The notes beneath the pieces are model-generated. The model was not told the DNA's origin and did no database searches. It saw nothing but the letters and a program-made list of their open reading frames with translations. DNA of 64,000 nucleotides from Micavibrio sp. (GTDB lineage: Bacteria > Pseudomonadota > Alphaproteobacteria > UBA9219), in contig DYDA01000009.1 of the NCBI GenBank assembly GCA_020718105.1, positions 2,783 to 66,782 on the forward strand, in the 5' to 3' direction. Numbering within the stretch: the first letter of the stretch is position 1; each line of letters starts with the position of its first letter. The translations under genes were made by a program, and so were the position numbers. Below are positions 41,213-49,849 of this stretch, piece after piece.

Positions 41213-42252
41213 ACCGCAATCCTATGGTCTTGGGCAGGCGCTTGACGGATTTTCCAACTATCTTTGGCAACTGTAGAGCGGGCTGCCAATGAATAAATGT
41301 TGATGCTGGAAACGGGGTCGAATTTCATTTTGAAATAATCCAGCTCGGCGGATTCAGATCCACCAAGATTCATCAATGAGACGCCCTCTTGAAAAAGTTT
41401 ATCGGCGGTCATTTTGATTGCGTAGTCAGAGAGGCCAACGCACAATTCGTTGCTGCACAAGTTGACGTACATATTCGCTGTTTCGTCGCCCGTAACCTCC
41501 CACAAGGTCACCGCCTGCACACGGCGGTTCATTCGAAAAATCAAGCCCTTCAAGTTTGCGCCCTTGCAACCCACAAGGCCTAGGAGACGTAAATACGGGT
41601 CGGTAAGATCAAGAAGATCTTCTCCTTCGGAGGATTTAAAACTTGCCCACTCTTCGGCCAGTTTACGAAGACAAGGAACGTGCTTTGGCTCCAAATCTTC
41701 CGTATGAACAACAAGATTCTCTATGTGACGAACACGGTTGCGAATTCTACGAAATTTTCCGCCCTCAGCGTTTGCAAGGTGAGCCGTCGACAAAATTCTA
41801 ATCGGATATTTCCAATCAAGAACACTTTCCTCAACAACGGCACAGGCTTTTTGATAAAAGGAACCGTCTTGCGTTTGAAGGGATTTAATGTCGTCTTCCT
41901 TAAACCTAGCTAAAAGAAATCCGCGAGGGGGTGTCGGGAGATTTTGAACCAAGGAGACTATCGCGGCGAAGTCCTTCTCACCTCGCGGTGGGAAAACCAG
42001 AATCTGGCCATCGAGATTGGGGTGCCAGCAAAACGGAACAAAAGTTTGACCATATTGATACAACCAAAGCCCGCGCCGTCCTGTAAAGGCGTAGTACACA
42101 ACGGAGGACAGGTAACTGTCCGTGTCATTTTCCTTCGCCAACAGATCGGACAGTTTCCCTAAATCATAATCAAAAATATGCTGTACGCCATGCTCTTGGT
42201 CTAGCAGAGCTTCATAATTAATCTCTTCCATATTTGCGAAAAAAATGCTCAT
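41209..42252 (-). CDS. Stand-alone DUF2156 / aminoacyl-PG synthase-type (Fem/GNAT) aa-tRNA-dependent transferase
   Basis: GGKFRRIRNRV, GLSDY, MNLGGSESAELDYFKMKFDP. Confidence 0.7.
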   Translation of the reverse strand: MSIFFANMEEINYEALLDQEHGVQHIFDYDLGKLSDLLAKENDTDSYLSSVVYYAFTGRRGLWLYQYGQTFVPFCWHPNLDGQILVFPPRGEKDFAAIVSLVQNLPTPPRGFLLARFKEDDIKSLQTQDGSFYQKACAVVEESVLDWKYPIRILSTAHLANAEGGKFRRIRNRVRHIENLVVHTEDLEPKHVPCLRKLAEEWASFKSSEGEDLLDLTDPYLRLLGLVGCKGANLKGLIFRMNRRVQAVTLWEVTGDETANMYVNLCSNELCVGLSDYAIKMTADKLFQEGVSLMNLGGSESAELDYFKMKFDPVSSINIYSLAARSTVAKDSWKIRQAPAQDHRIAV

Positions 42253-42893
42253 TCGTCTTTCCTTAAAATCTTTCCACCTGAAAGCCATGCAATTTCGAAT
42301 AATTTTCGTGCACTTTCGACAAAGCGCGCATCATCAATAATGATAACCTGCGGCGACGGTTTCCAAGAAACCAAAGCCAACTTCGACCCATACATGCAAA
42401 ACGGATATGGAGAGAAGAGTTCGTCCGGTATGGCTCTATAAGTGTCGTAAGGCGGCACCAAATTGGGATCGTCCGCTCTCACCAGCATTCTGCAAGAAAT
42501 ATTGGCTTCATTCCTTTTTTGAATTTGCTCGCGCATAAACTCTTCATTGAGGCTTTGCTTGGCCAGCCCTTCCTCAAGGTGGGCAACCAACAATTCGCCG
42601 CCAGTACCTCTAAGGGTCTCGTATACGTCGACCATCAAGTTTTTGAAGCAATCTTCGCCAGTATAGGTAATAACGACACGATTTTTCAGCCTAACGCCTG
42701 AATCTGGAAGGAACTCAAGGCCAGCTCCCTCAAATACCTTCTGCAGCTTTTCCATTGTATCGCGGCGGCCAAGAACCTTACCCCGCTCGATTTTGTTAAT
42801 CGCATTGAGAGCAACTCCTGACATTTCGGCAAGATCGGACGTCTTCCAATCAAGCATGGCTCGGGCTGCTCTAAGCTGAATTGCATCAATCAT
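42249..42893 (-). CDS. XRE-family HTH regulator with C-terminal domain
   Basis: QLRAARAMLDW...LAEMSGVALNAINKIERG...GLEF. Confidence 0.85.
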   Translation of the reverse strand: MIDAIQLRAARAMLDWKTSDLAEMSGVALNAINKIERGKVLGRRDTMEKLQKVFEGAGLEFLPDSGVRLKNRVVITYTGEDCFKNLMVDVYETLRGTGGELLVAHLEEGLAKQSLNEEFMREQIQKRNEANISCRMLVRADDPNLVPPYDTYRAIPDELFSPYPFCMYGSKLALVSWKPSPQVIIIDDARFVESARKLFEIAWLSGGKILRKDE

Positions 42894-42960
42894 TTTCTCT
42901 CCTTTACGGGGAACTACCAAAAATAGGTAAGAATCTGCCTAAATTGGGTAGCCATTCGCA

Positions 42961-43051
42961 TTTATAAGGCGTTTCTTTCGTTTTGTCAATCATTTCATAG
43001 CACGAAAGCATTTAAAATATCATTGACAACCACCTCTGTCAATGGTACTAC
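42961..43051. promoter_or_regulatory. Divergent sigma70 promoters
   Basis: Minus strand TTGACA-17-TATAAA (42989-42961) and TTGACA-17-TATTTT (43042-43014); plus strand TTGACA-17-TACTAC (43023-43051). Confidence 0.7.
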
Positions 43052-43122
43052 TGGTGAACGGTTGGTATTCTAGGTGGCAATGGTTGGTTATATTAACACA
43101 TTAACACGGAAAGGTATTTAAA

Positions 43123-43320
43123 ATGCTCGATTTTGACACGATTACGAAGAAACACAGTGAAAGCCTAGTTCAGCAAATCGTCGAAACTTGGGAGCGTTAT
43201 AACAATGTCCGCCATGAGCGTCCAATGATGCTCGAAGACCGCTGGGCGCACTTCATTGGTGCCACCAACGACTATCAAGTCAGTGCTTGCTCCACCGCCG
43301 CCCCTACGGCCACCAATTAA
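43123..43320 (+). CDS. Small hypothetical protein
   Basis: AAGG RBS, first ORF after rightward promoter. Confidence 0.6.
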   Translation: MLDFDTITKKHSESLVQQIVETWERYNNVRHERPMMLEDRWAHFIGATNDYQVSACSTAAPTATN

Positions 43321-43332
43321 GGAGCAACCCAA

Positions 43333-43665
43333 ATGACCAAGCCCCAAACCATGAAAACCGCCGAAGAGGCCTTCAACGAGACTACAGAAGGCAAAGACCT
43401 TTCCACCGGCAGCCTTCACCTTATGACTTCCGATCTAGTAGCCCTTCGCAAGGCTCACGAGAAGCCCCTGAATGAAGTCGAGATTCGGGCCGTCTCTGGC
43501 ATGATCGCTTACGTTGCCTATGAACAGAATGTGAGAGCGGACACCGTCTGTGAAGTGACGGCTTCTCATTTTGGGGTTGAAACTGTAACGGCATTGCCCT
43601 CACGTCTATATCAAGCCGCCATCGAGTATCTTGTCGATTTGAAAATGAACAAGGTTATAAACTGA
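43333..43665 (+). CDS. Small protein with ORF6C/antirepressor-like domain
   Basis: AAGGAG RBS; HFGVETVTALPSRLYQAAIEYL. Confidence 0.65.
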   Translation: MTKPQTMKTAEEAFNETTEGKDLSTGSLHLMTSDLVALRKAHEKPLNEVEIRAVSGMIAYVAYEQNVRADTVCEVTASHFGVETVTALPSRLYQAAIEYLVDLKMNKVIN

Positions 43666-43686
43666 ATTTGAAGAATAGGACTTGCC

Positions 43687-44049
43687 ATGAGCAGCGCACC
43701 GAAACAGACCTTGCTAAAACCCTCCACGGACAACGAGGAAACCCTCGAAGCCGAGAAGTCGCCTGCCACGAACGATCTTTCTCTGTCTGAATTGCAGCTG
43801 TTGCACGAAGGGCTTGCTGCCCTACGCGAGGCAGATGGGGAAGAAGAAGGCACGGAGCAGGAAGAACACAAGTCCGTTCGCGCACTGATCGCCTATGCCG
43901 CCTGTGATCTCGGGATCAACGAAGAGGTCGTTCGAGCGCAGGTCGAACGTCATTTTGAATTCTCTGACATTAGCGAGTTGCGCGACGGTCATTACGACGA
44001 GCTGGTACAGTTTTTAAAAGACTTGAATATCAAACAATTCATTAACTGA
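43687..44049 (+). CDS. Small protein with ORF6C/antirepressor-like domain
   Basis: ALIAYAA...HFEFSDISELRDGHYDELVQFL. Confidence 0.65.
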   Translation: MSSAPKQTLLKPSTDNEETLEAEKSPATNDLSLSELQLLHEGLAALREADGEEEGTEQEEHKSVRALIAYAACDLGINEEVVRAQVERHFEFSDISELRDGHYDELVQFLKDLNIKQFIN

Positions 44050-44069
44050 TTTATTAAGGCGCGAGAGCC

Positions 44070-44834
44070 ATGACAGACTTATATCTTATAACAGGTGCGC
44101 AAAGCAGAATGGCGCGATCATTGTTGAAATGGTCTCGTGAAAAGCTGGCTGATGAAGCAAATGTCTCTCGCGGCACCATTCGTATTTTTGAAGACGATCA
44201 GCCTATTCGTGAATCCAACATCCTTGATATACACAGCGTCCTTGATGCTCATGGCGTCGAATGCCATCCGGATGGCAGTGTGAGGCCGCGTTCAGACGGC
44301 ATCAAGGATTTCCGTGGGCTTGGTGGCTGTGACCGTTTTTTTGCTAACATTGAAAAGATACTGAAAGACAAAGCCTCTGGCTTGGTGTGCAGGATCGGCA
44401 GCCAAGACATGTTGTCAAACGTTACGGGACGGAATGGCCTAACAAATTTTGACCGGCTGCAGAACCTAAGCAAGGTCGCACCGGTGAGATGCCTGCTGAC
44501 GGATCAGAACATATATCTGCCGGGGCCTCCTTCTTTTGAGGTCAGGGTATATCCGGAGCCCCCCATCAACTTGATTTTATCCGACTTTGCTTATGGCGAT
44601 GAAGTCACGTTCGCCATCGAGCAGGATATCCGCTTCCATTTCCGCCAACCAGTTTATATGGTAATCGAGTCGGCCAAGTTTGTAGAAAAGACGTTAGGAT
44701 ATTTCGACAAACGCTGGCAGGCAGCCAAGCCCTATAAAACATCGACCACCAAAAGGTCGGCTTCAAGCTTTGGTCATCGGATAGTTCTGCCAGAAGACAT
44801 TGAGACGCCAGAACAGCTTGTCTCCTGTTATTAG
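44070..44834 (+). CDS. XRE-family HTH regulator with C-terminal domain
   Basis: ITGAQSRMARSLLKWSREKLADEANVSRGTIRIFE; paralog of 42249-42893. Confidence 0.8.
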   Translation: MTDLYLITGAQSRMARSLLKWSREKLADEANVSRGTIRIFEDDQPIRESNILDIHSVLDAHGVECHPDGSVRPRSDGIKDFRGLGGCDRFFANIEKILKDKASGLVCRIGSQDMLSNVTGRNGLTNFDRLQNLSKVAPVRCLLTDQNIYLPGPPSFEVRVYPEPPINLILSDFAYGDEVTFAIEQDIRFHFRQPVYMVIESAKFVEKTLGYFDKRWQAAKPYKTSTTKRSASSFGHRIVLPEDIETPEQLVSCY

Positions 44835-44869
44835 GCACTTCCCATCGTCGGAGTTCTGTCCGACGTTTA

Positions 44870-45334
44870 TCAATCCATGTCTTTGATCACGACCATCGTG
44901 GGAAATAGCTCTCGATGCTCCACAAAATGAAAAATGGCATCGGGAGACAATACAGTTTCCCGAAGCGAAACCCATGTATCATAGGCTTGCTGGAAGTGCT
45001 TTTTTCTCAAGCCATGTCCTGCAACGATTTTCATTGTCGTGACGTTGCCCGTTTTGGCGGCACGCTCTTTCATCTCACCAAGATTGACGTCACTGGCAGG
45101 AGACGCAAAATGCTCAAGCATATGGTCGAGAATAGCCGAGCATACATAAATCACGCTTACCTGCTCCGCGAACCTATCGGGGGAGAGAAAGCGCCAGGTG
45201 GATTCCTCCACTTCATCCGGAAGCATAGGAAAATCCTCATCCCGCCCCGCATAGGCAATGAGAATACCGCAGAGGTCTTTCCTGATCGTATCGGGGAGAG
45301 ACTTCACAAAAGATAAGATGACCTGATTCAACAT
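44870..45334 (-). CDS. Hypothetical protein
   Basis: 154-aa ORF with ordinary globular composition; start uncertain. Confidence 0.5.
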   Translation of the reverse strand: MLNQVILSFVKSLPDTIRKDLCGILIAYAGRDEDFPMLPDEVEESTWRFLSPDRFAEQVSVIYVCSAILDHMLEHFASPASDVNLGEMKERAAKTGNVTTMKIVAGHGLRKKHFQQAYDTWVSLRETVLSPDAIFHFVEHRELFPTMVVIKDMD

Positions 45335-45595
45335 CGTCGCATTCTGGCGCGATTCAAAGAGGCAGACAACACAAAAACACTTGTCACGCCAAAACTTTTC
45401 CCACACGACCTCTGCCAAAACGGCCTCAATCAGAATTGCAATAAAGGTCAGAATTCTAGCCGAAAAGGCCAAAATGCAAATTCGGCCAAATTGACGGCCT
45501 AAAAACGAGCAAATAGGCCAAATTCTCCTGTGGAATCACGCGCGGCCAATATCGATACTCACCTCATTGATTGAACCCGTATCGATGAGCATTAC

Positions 45596-45892
45596 ATGAC
45601 AAACGACAACACAGCAATCGCATTACCACTCATCGGAACGCCGAAGTCAAACGCGCATCCGTTATCACGGGAAGCTGTTGCGGTTGAGATCATCCAAGAC
45701 AATTTTGCATCGGATGCCGAGCGCGGTGAGTTTACGCAAGCCGTCAAGATGCATGGGGTTACTTTCCTATATCTCGCCAATTTTCCACTTCCACAGCCTT
45801 CTTCGCGTGACTTGAACACGATTCAGAGACTGGCGCGTTTGTTGTCACGTTTCTGGCCGCAGGCATTGGTTATTGGAGGCTGCCATGAATAA
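45596..45892 (+). CDS. Hypothetical protein, first gene of long operon
   Basis: Overlaps next start and contains its GGAGG RBS. Confidence 0.6.
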   Translation: MTNDNTAIALPLIGTPKSNAHPLSREAVAVEIIQDNFASDAERGEFTQAVKMHGVTFLYLANFPLPQPSSRDLNTIQRLARLLSRFWPQALVIGGCHE

Positions 45893-46319
45893 CAACGAGC
45901 AAATGCGCCTCTGCCTCATGCTGGCATTTCAGAGCCTGATTTCACAAGGCGAAACTGCCAAGTCAAAAGATGCCGATCAAAAGATCATCGTGCTTGCAAA
46001 GCTCATGAATGAGTTTTGCGATCTGCACCTCAAGCAAACATTCCCTGAAAAGACCATCGAGCTTGCCGAAGACAAATGGGCAACAAAGATCGACGCCACG
46101 CTCAACATGCATATTGAAGAGCTGCAAAAGCGTGAACAGACACAGTTGCCCGAAGATCGAGAAACCCTCATCCAATTTTATGACCGCCTTCAGCAGCGCA
46201 AGGTGCGTCGGAAACAATGGGTGTTCTATGCGGAAGCCTCAACGGGACAATTAGCCGATCTGGTCTTGAAATATCTCGACGAGGAAATCGAAGACAGAAA
46301 AACGGGAGGGTATCAATGA
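45885..46319 (+). CDS. Hypothetical helical protein
   Basis: GGAGG RBS; ATGA coupling to next gene. Confidence 0.7.
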   Translation: MNNNEQMRLCLMLAFQSLISQGETAKSKDADQKIIVLAKLMNEFCDLHLKQTFPEKTIELAEDKWATKIDATLNMHIEELQKREQTQLPEDRETLIQFYDRLQQRKVRRKQWVFYAEASTGQLADLVLKYLDEEIEDRKTGGYQ

Positions 46320-46672
46320 CCAACAATGAAAATACGCAGATACACCTCAAAGATTGCGCCATCGGCCCATCGCAGCTACGCGCAGCGCGCGGCATGCTTG
46401 GCTGGTCTCGTGGCGAGCTTGCCAAGGAAGCAAGACTATCGGCGGAAACAATCAAGAATATCGAACACAGCGTTTATTCGCCAAAGGAAGAAACAATCAA
46501 AACCTTGGTTGAGGTCTTCGCGCGTCGAGGCATCCAGTTTGTTCAAAATGAAGCTGTCGTTTCCATTCCTGCCAGTTGCGGGCAAGAGGAAAGCACTCTG
46601 GTTTTTTCTCATATTGGGATATTCCGTATGGAGCTCTCTGTCTCCGAAATCAGGGAGATAGGCCATGACTAA
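46316..46672 (+). CDS. XRE-family HTH regulator
   Basis: SQLRAARGMLGWSRGELAKEARLSAETIKNIE. Confidence 0.85.
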   Translation: MTNNENTQIHLKDCAIGPSQLRAARGMLGWSRGELAKEARLSAETIKNIEHSVYSPKEETIKTLVEVFARRGIQFVQNEAVVSIPASCGQEESTLVFSHIGIFRMELSVSEIREIGHD

Positions 46673-46937
46673 AGCTACCCACCCCCACCGTATCGTCGAT
46701 CAAATTACGACTGCGACAGACAAGAAATACGAGCCTGTCGCGCGCATGGCCGATGCCATCATCGATACGAGATTGGAAAGCGGAGATTGCTTGCCGCAAG
46801 ACCTCCACGCCAAGGGCTTCACACATCAGGACATAACTGCACTTTGGCACTTCGCCAACGCGCTGGCCATCATCGAGCTTAAGTGCCGTACGAACGGCAT
46901 CGGTTCCTCTTATAAACGGGAGGTGCGCTATGCCTAA
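46665..46937 (+). CDS. Hypothetical protein
   Basis: GGAG RBS; overlaps both neighbours. Confidence 0.65.
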   Translation: MTKATHPHRIVDQITTATDKKYEPVARMADAIIDTRLESGDCLPQDLHAKGFTHQDITALWHFANALAIIELKCRTNGIGSSYKREVRYA

Positions 46938-47466
46938 AGTCAAATTGCAGTTGGCAGCCAAACCGCTGGCTGAAATGTTGCAGATTCAAGCGCAGAACGA
47001 AAGCGAACCTAAGCATGTCAAAATCGTCGTTTTTGATGATCAAAACCGCGTGCTGACGGTCAAAAGCAAGACCCGCTTCGTCCTGCCCGGTGGGCGTGTG
47101 GAATGGGATGACGACGATGACGAGGCTGCGGCGCGGCGCGAGGTTTTTGAAACGGCGAACATCACCCTCGGTCTGGTGACCCTCGTAACCCTCGTGAGAA
47201 TCAAAGATCACAACAAACAGATTACAAAAACGATGGTGTTCGTCGGGCGCATGTCTGGCAAGGAGCAAGCTGCGCCTAATCAAAAACAGAAGCATCAATT
47301 TGTAAGCAAGGAGGCGTTTTTAGTGGCGACAGGCTCTCGAAACGATCTTGTGCGCACATTAGTCGATGCTGCTTTCAAGGCTCTGGTCTCCGAGGAGATC
47401 AGGGAAGACCACGATCAGACGATCCTGAGCGGACGTGAAAAATACAACAGCCAATCCCTCTTATAA
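46930..47466 (+). CDS. Nudix-fold protein with degenerate Nudix box
   Basis: LPGGRVEWDDDDDEAAARREVFETANI. Confidence 0.75.
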   Translation: MPKVKLQLAAKPLAEMLQIQAQNESEPKHVKIVVFDDQNRVLTVKSKTRFVLPGGRVEWDDDDDEAAARREVFETANITLGLVTLVTLVRIKDHNKQITKTMVFVGRMSGKEQAAPNQKQKHQFVSKEAFLVATGSRNDLVRTLVDAAFKALVSEEIREDHDQTILSGREKYNSQSLL

Positions 47467-47478
47467 ATGGAGAATTTA

Positions 47479-48696
47479 ATGAGCAAGAACAATCAAGATA
47501 CAATGCAATCAAACGCCTCAAAAGTCGTTTATCTCAACTATGCAGCAACATCGTTTCCCAAAAACCCAGATGTTGTGAATGTCTACAACGAAGCGCTTGC
47601 GCTGCTTCCAGGCGGAAATCGTCAAGGCATCGGCAAAGGAGGCCTCGTCGACGAAGCGCGAGAAATGCTTGCAACAGGCCTTAATGTCGGTAAAGAAAAC
47701 ATCTACTTTTCTAGCGGATCGACGCAAGCTCTCAACGAAATCATTTTGGGTTCTGTAAATTCGGGCGACCATTGCCTTTTCGATAATCGCTCACACAACT
47801 CGGTTGTGCGCCCTATGCACGAGCTGCCTTCTTCCATCGATGCGGAAATGTGCCCGCTTTATCGAGAGGATGAAACCCTTGATCTTGACGCTCTGACATC
47901 GCGCCTTAACACGACTACAAAACTTGTCTGCTTGGTTCACGCCAGCAACGTGACGGGCACGGTCTATGACATAAAAACGGTTATTTCCGCCGTCAGAGAG
48001 AAAGCTCCCCAATCAGTTGTCTTAGTCGATGCCGCTCAATCAGCTGGCGCCATTGATCTGAAGGACGCGCTCAAAGCGGATTATGTGGTATTTCAAGGGC
48101 ACAAACACCTTCATGCCCCACATGGCGCGGCAGTCGTGGTGGCCAAGCGGCACGTTCGCCCCGTCATTTTTGGAGGCGGCCAAACTTTAACGGGTCAGGA
48201 AGGCGACCCGCATCTGCTCGAAGTCGGGACGCAGAACCACGCTGCCATTTACGCCACCGCCGTTGCTTTCGGCATCGCGTCGGACAATCTTCTTAAGCAC
48301 CAGACACACGAACGCGCCCTCTACACAAAGCTACGGTCGGCGCTTGACGGGGTTTATGGGCTAGAACCGCTGCCAGTCAACCCCAAGTTCGACCACGTCT
48401 CTATTATGGCCTTCCGCACTAAGATGGGCACGCCGGAAGGAGATTGGGTTCCGTTCTTGCAGTCGAAAAATATCATCGCTCGCGGTGGGCTGCATTGTTC
48501 CCCGTGCCTGCATGAACAGCTTGGTTTGACGCAGTACGGAACGCTGCGCCTTAGCCTCGGCTGGTACACAACAGACAAGGACGTCGAAGCAGCGGCGCAC
48601 GCCATTCATGAGTTTTCGGATCATCTGAAGACGCATGGTCCGGCACATCCTGTACAGACAAGTTGTTCGGTGTCGTTTCCCTCTAACCGAAAATAA
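47479..48696 (+). CDS. Class V PLP aminotransferase, cysteine desulfurase (SufS-like)
   Basis: YLNYAATSFPK, HNSV, DAAQSAG, GHK PLP lysine, RGGLHCSP catalytic Cys. Confidence 0.85.
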   Translation: MSKNNQDTMQSNASKVVYLNYAATSFPKNPDVVNVYNEALALLPGGNRQGIGKGGLVDEAREMLATGLNVGKENIYFSSGSTQALNEIILGSVNSGDHCLFDNRSHNSVVRPMHELPSSIDAEMCPLYREDETLDLDALTSRLNTTTKLVCLVHASNVTGTVYDIKTVISAVREKAPQSVVLVDAAQSAGAIDLKDALKADYVVFQGHKHLHAPHGAAVVVAKRHVRPVIFGGGQTLTGQEGDPHLLEVGTQNHAAIYATAVAFGIASDNLLKHQTHERALYTKLRSALDGVYGLEPLPVNPKFDHVSIMAFRTKMGTPEGDWVPFLQSKNIIARGGLHCSPCLHEQLGLTQYGTLRLSLGWYTTDKDVEAAAHAIHEFSDHLKTHGPAHPVQTSCSVSFPSNRK

Positions 48697-48733
48697 TTCA
48701 GTTTTAGGGCATATATTTTTTGAGGATTATTCT

Positions 48734-49849
48734 ATGAACGAACAATTTAAACCGGCTATCGCCACAATTATGAACCTTCTTGGGCAGTCAAATATTGAAC
48801 TGCCCAATGAAGGGGGCGCTTTGGAGACGTTCCTAGACCGTGCGCTAGAATATCTTGCGGCAAGCCATGCCATTGGCTCTGTTGCCGAGCAGAAAGCCTA
48901 TATTCTAAGCCGCCTCGTTCCGGCAGAAAAGGCATCAAAGGGAAAGTTCAGCTTTGTTCTTGAACACAACATCGATCCTCAAAAAGGATCGACCGTTCCC
49001 ACAATCCAAGTCAGCGGAACCAGCGGAAACTATCACGCACTTATCATCAAGAGGCAGGACACCCTGCTTAAGGGCTATAAGTGCCAGCAACAACTTAAAA
49101 TAGCTGGAAACCTCTGCCAAGTCGGATTTGCAACAAGCCGCATACGGGCGGATGTTGATTTGGCCAGAGAGTTCCCCACACTGGACAGCCTGAAGAAAGG
49201 CTGCCGTATGGAAGGGCGTCCCATCATCTACTTCCTTGGTGCGGCACGGCGCTTTCCCGATGGAGGGGAGCAAGCCTCCGCTATCAAAGGACAAGTCAAG
49301 GCCGTCAACGCCATTTTTGATACGTTGGAGAGTGCCTTTGGTAACAACGTTATCATTGGAACGGGCGGTTGGGCTGGGACAAAAGAAGGATCGTTGGGCA
49401 TTCCCCGCATTGGTTACCTGCATGCTGTTTCGACTAACCAATTGATTTTGACGACAATGCCGCGTGTTGGGGCTTATGACCGGCATGAAAACCCAACACT
49501 CGAAGTGTTCTGCGGACAGGAATGGGGCGATGACTCTGCCGTGCTGGCCGCAACCTGCGATGCTGCCTTTGTCTTCAGGCCACATGGGACGTGGACACAA
49601 ATCGAGGTCGAGAATTTGCTCGCACAGGACAAGCCCTTCGTCGTGATCGATGACCCTAAAAACAGTCAATTGAGGTCAGACGAAAATAAGAAGCGGATCA
49701 GCACCCAAGGGGGGGACTATTTTGTCTATCGCCACCCTAAGACGGCGGCCAATGATTTATTGCGGAAGCTCAGCGAAGCGGGTTTTATATACTCACGGCG
49801 ACCGTCTCGCCGCCCCGCCGCTTTGCTTGCCGAACCCGCGCACAAATGA
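48734..49849 (+). CDS. Protein with C-terminal SLOG/LOG-like nucleotide-processing domain
   Basis: IIYFLGA, IGTGGWAG, CDAAFVF..HGTWTQIE...DKPFVVI resemble the LOG TGG and GGxGTxxE motifs. Confidence 0.5.
   Translation: MNEQFKPAIATIMNLLGQSNIELPNEGGALETFLDRALEYLAASHAIGSVAEQKAYILSRLVPAEKASKGKFSFVLEHNIDPQKGSTVPTIQVSGTSGNYHALIIKRQDTLLKGYKCQQQLKIAGNLCQVGFATSRIRADVDLAREFPTLDSLKKGCRMEGRPIIYFLGAARRFPDGGEQASAIKGQVKAVNAIFDTLESAFGNNVIIGTGGWAGTKEGSLGIPRIGYLHAVSTNQLILTTMPRVGAYDRHENPTLEVFCGQEWGDDSAVLAATCDAAFVFRPHGTWTQIEVENLLAQDKPFVVIDDPKNSQLRSDENKKRISTQGGDYFVYRHPKTAANDLLRKLSEAGFIYSRRPSRRPAALLAEPAHK

Noticed and set aside
45410-45550. CRISPR array or plasmid iterons
   Set aside because: Repeats are only 6-8 bp with irregular spacing; no cas or rep gene
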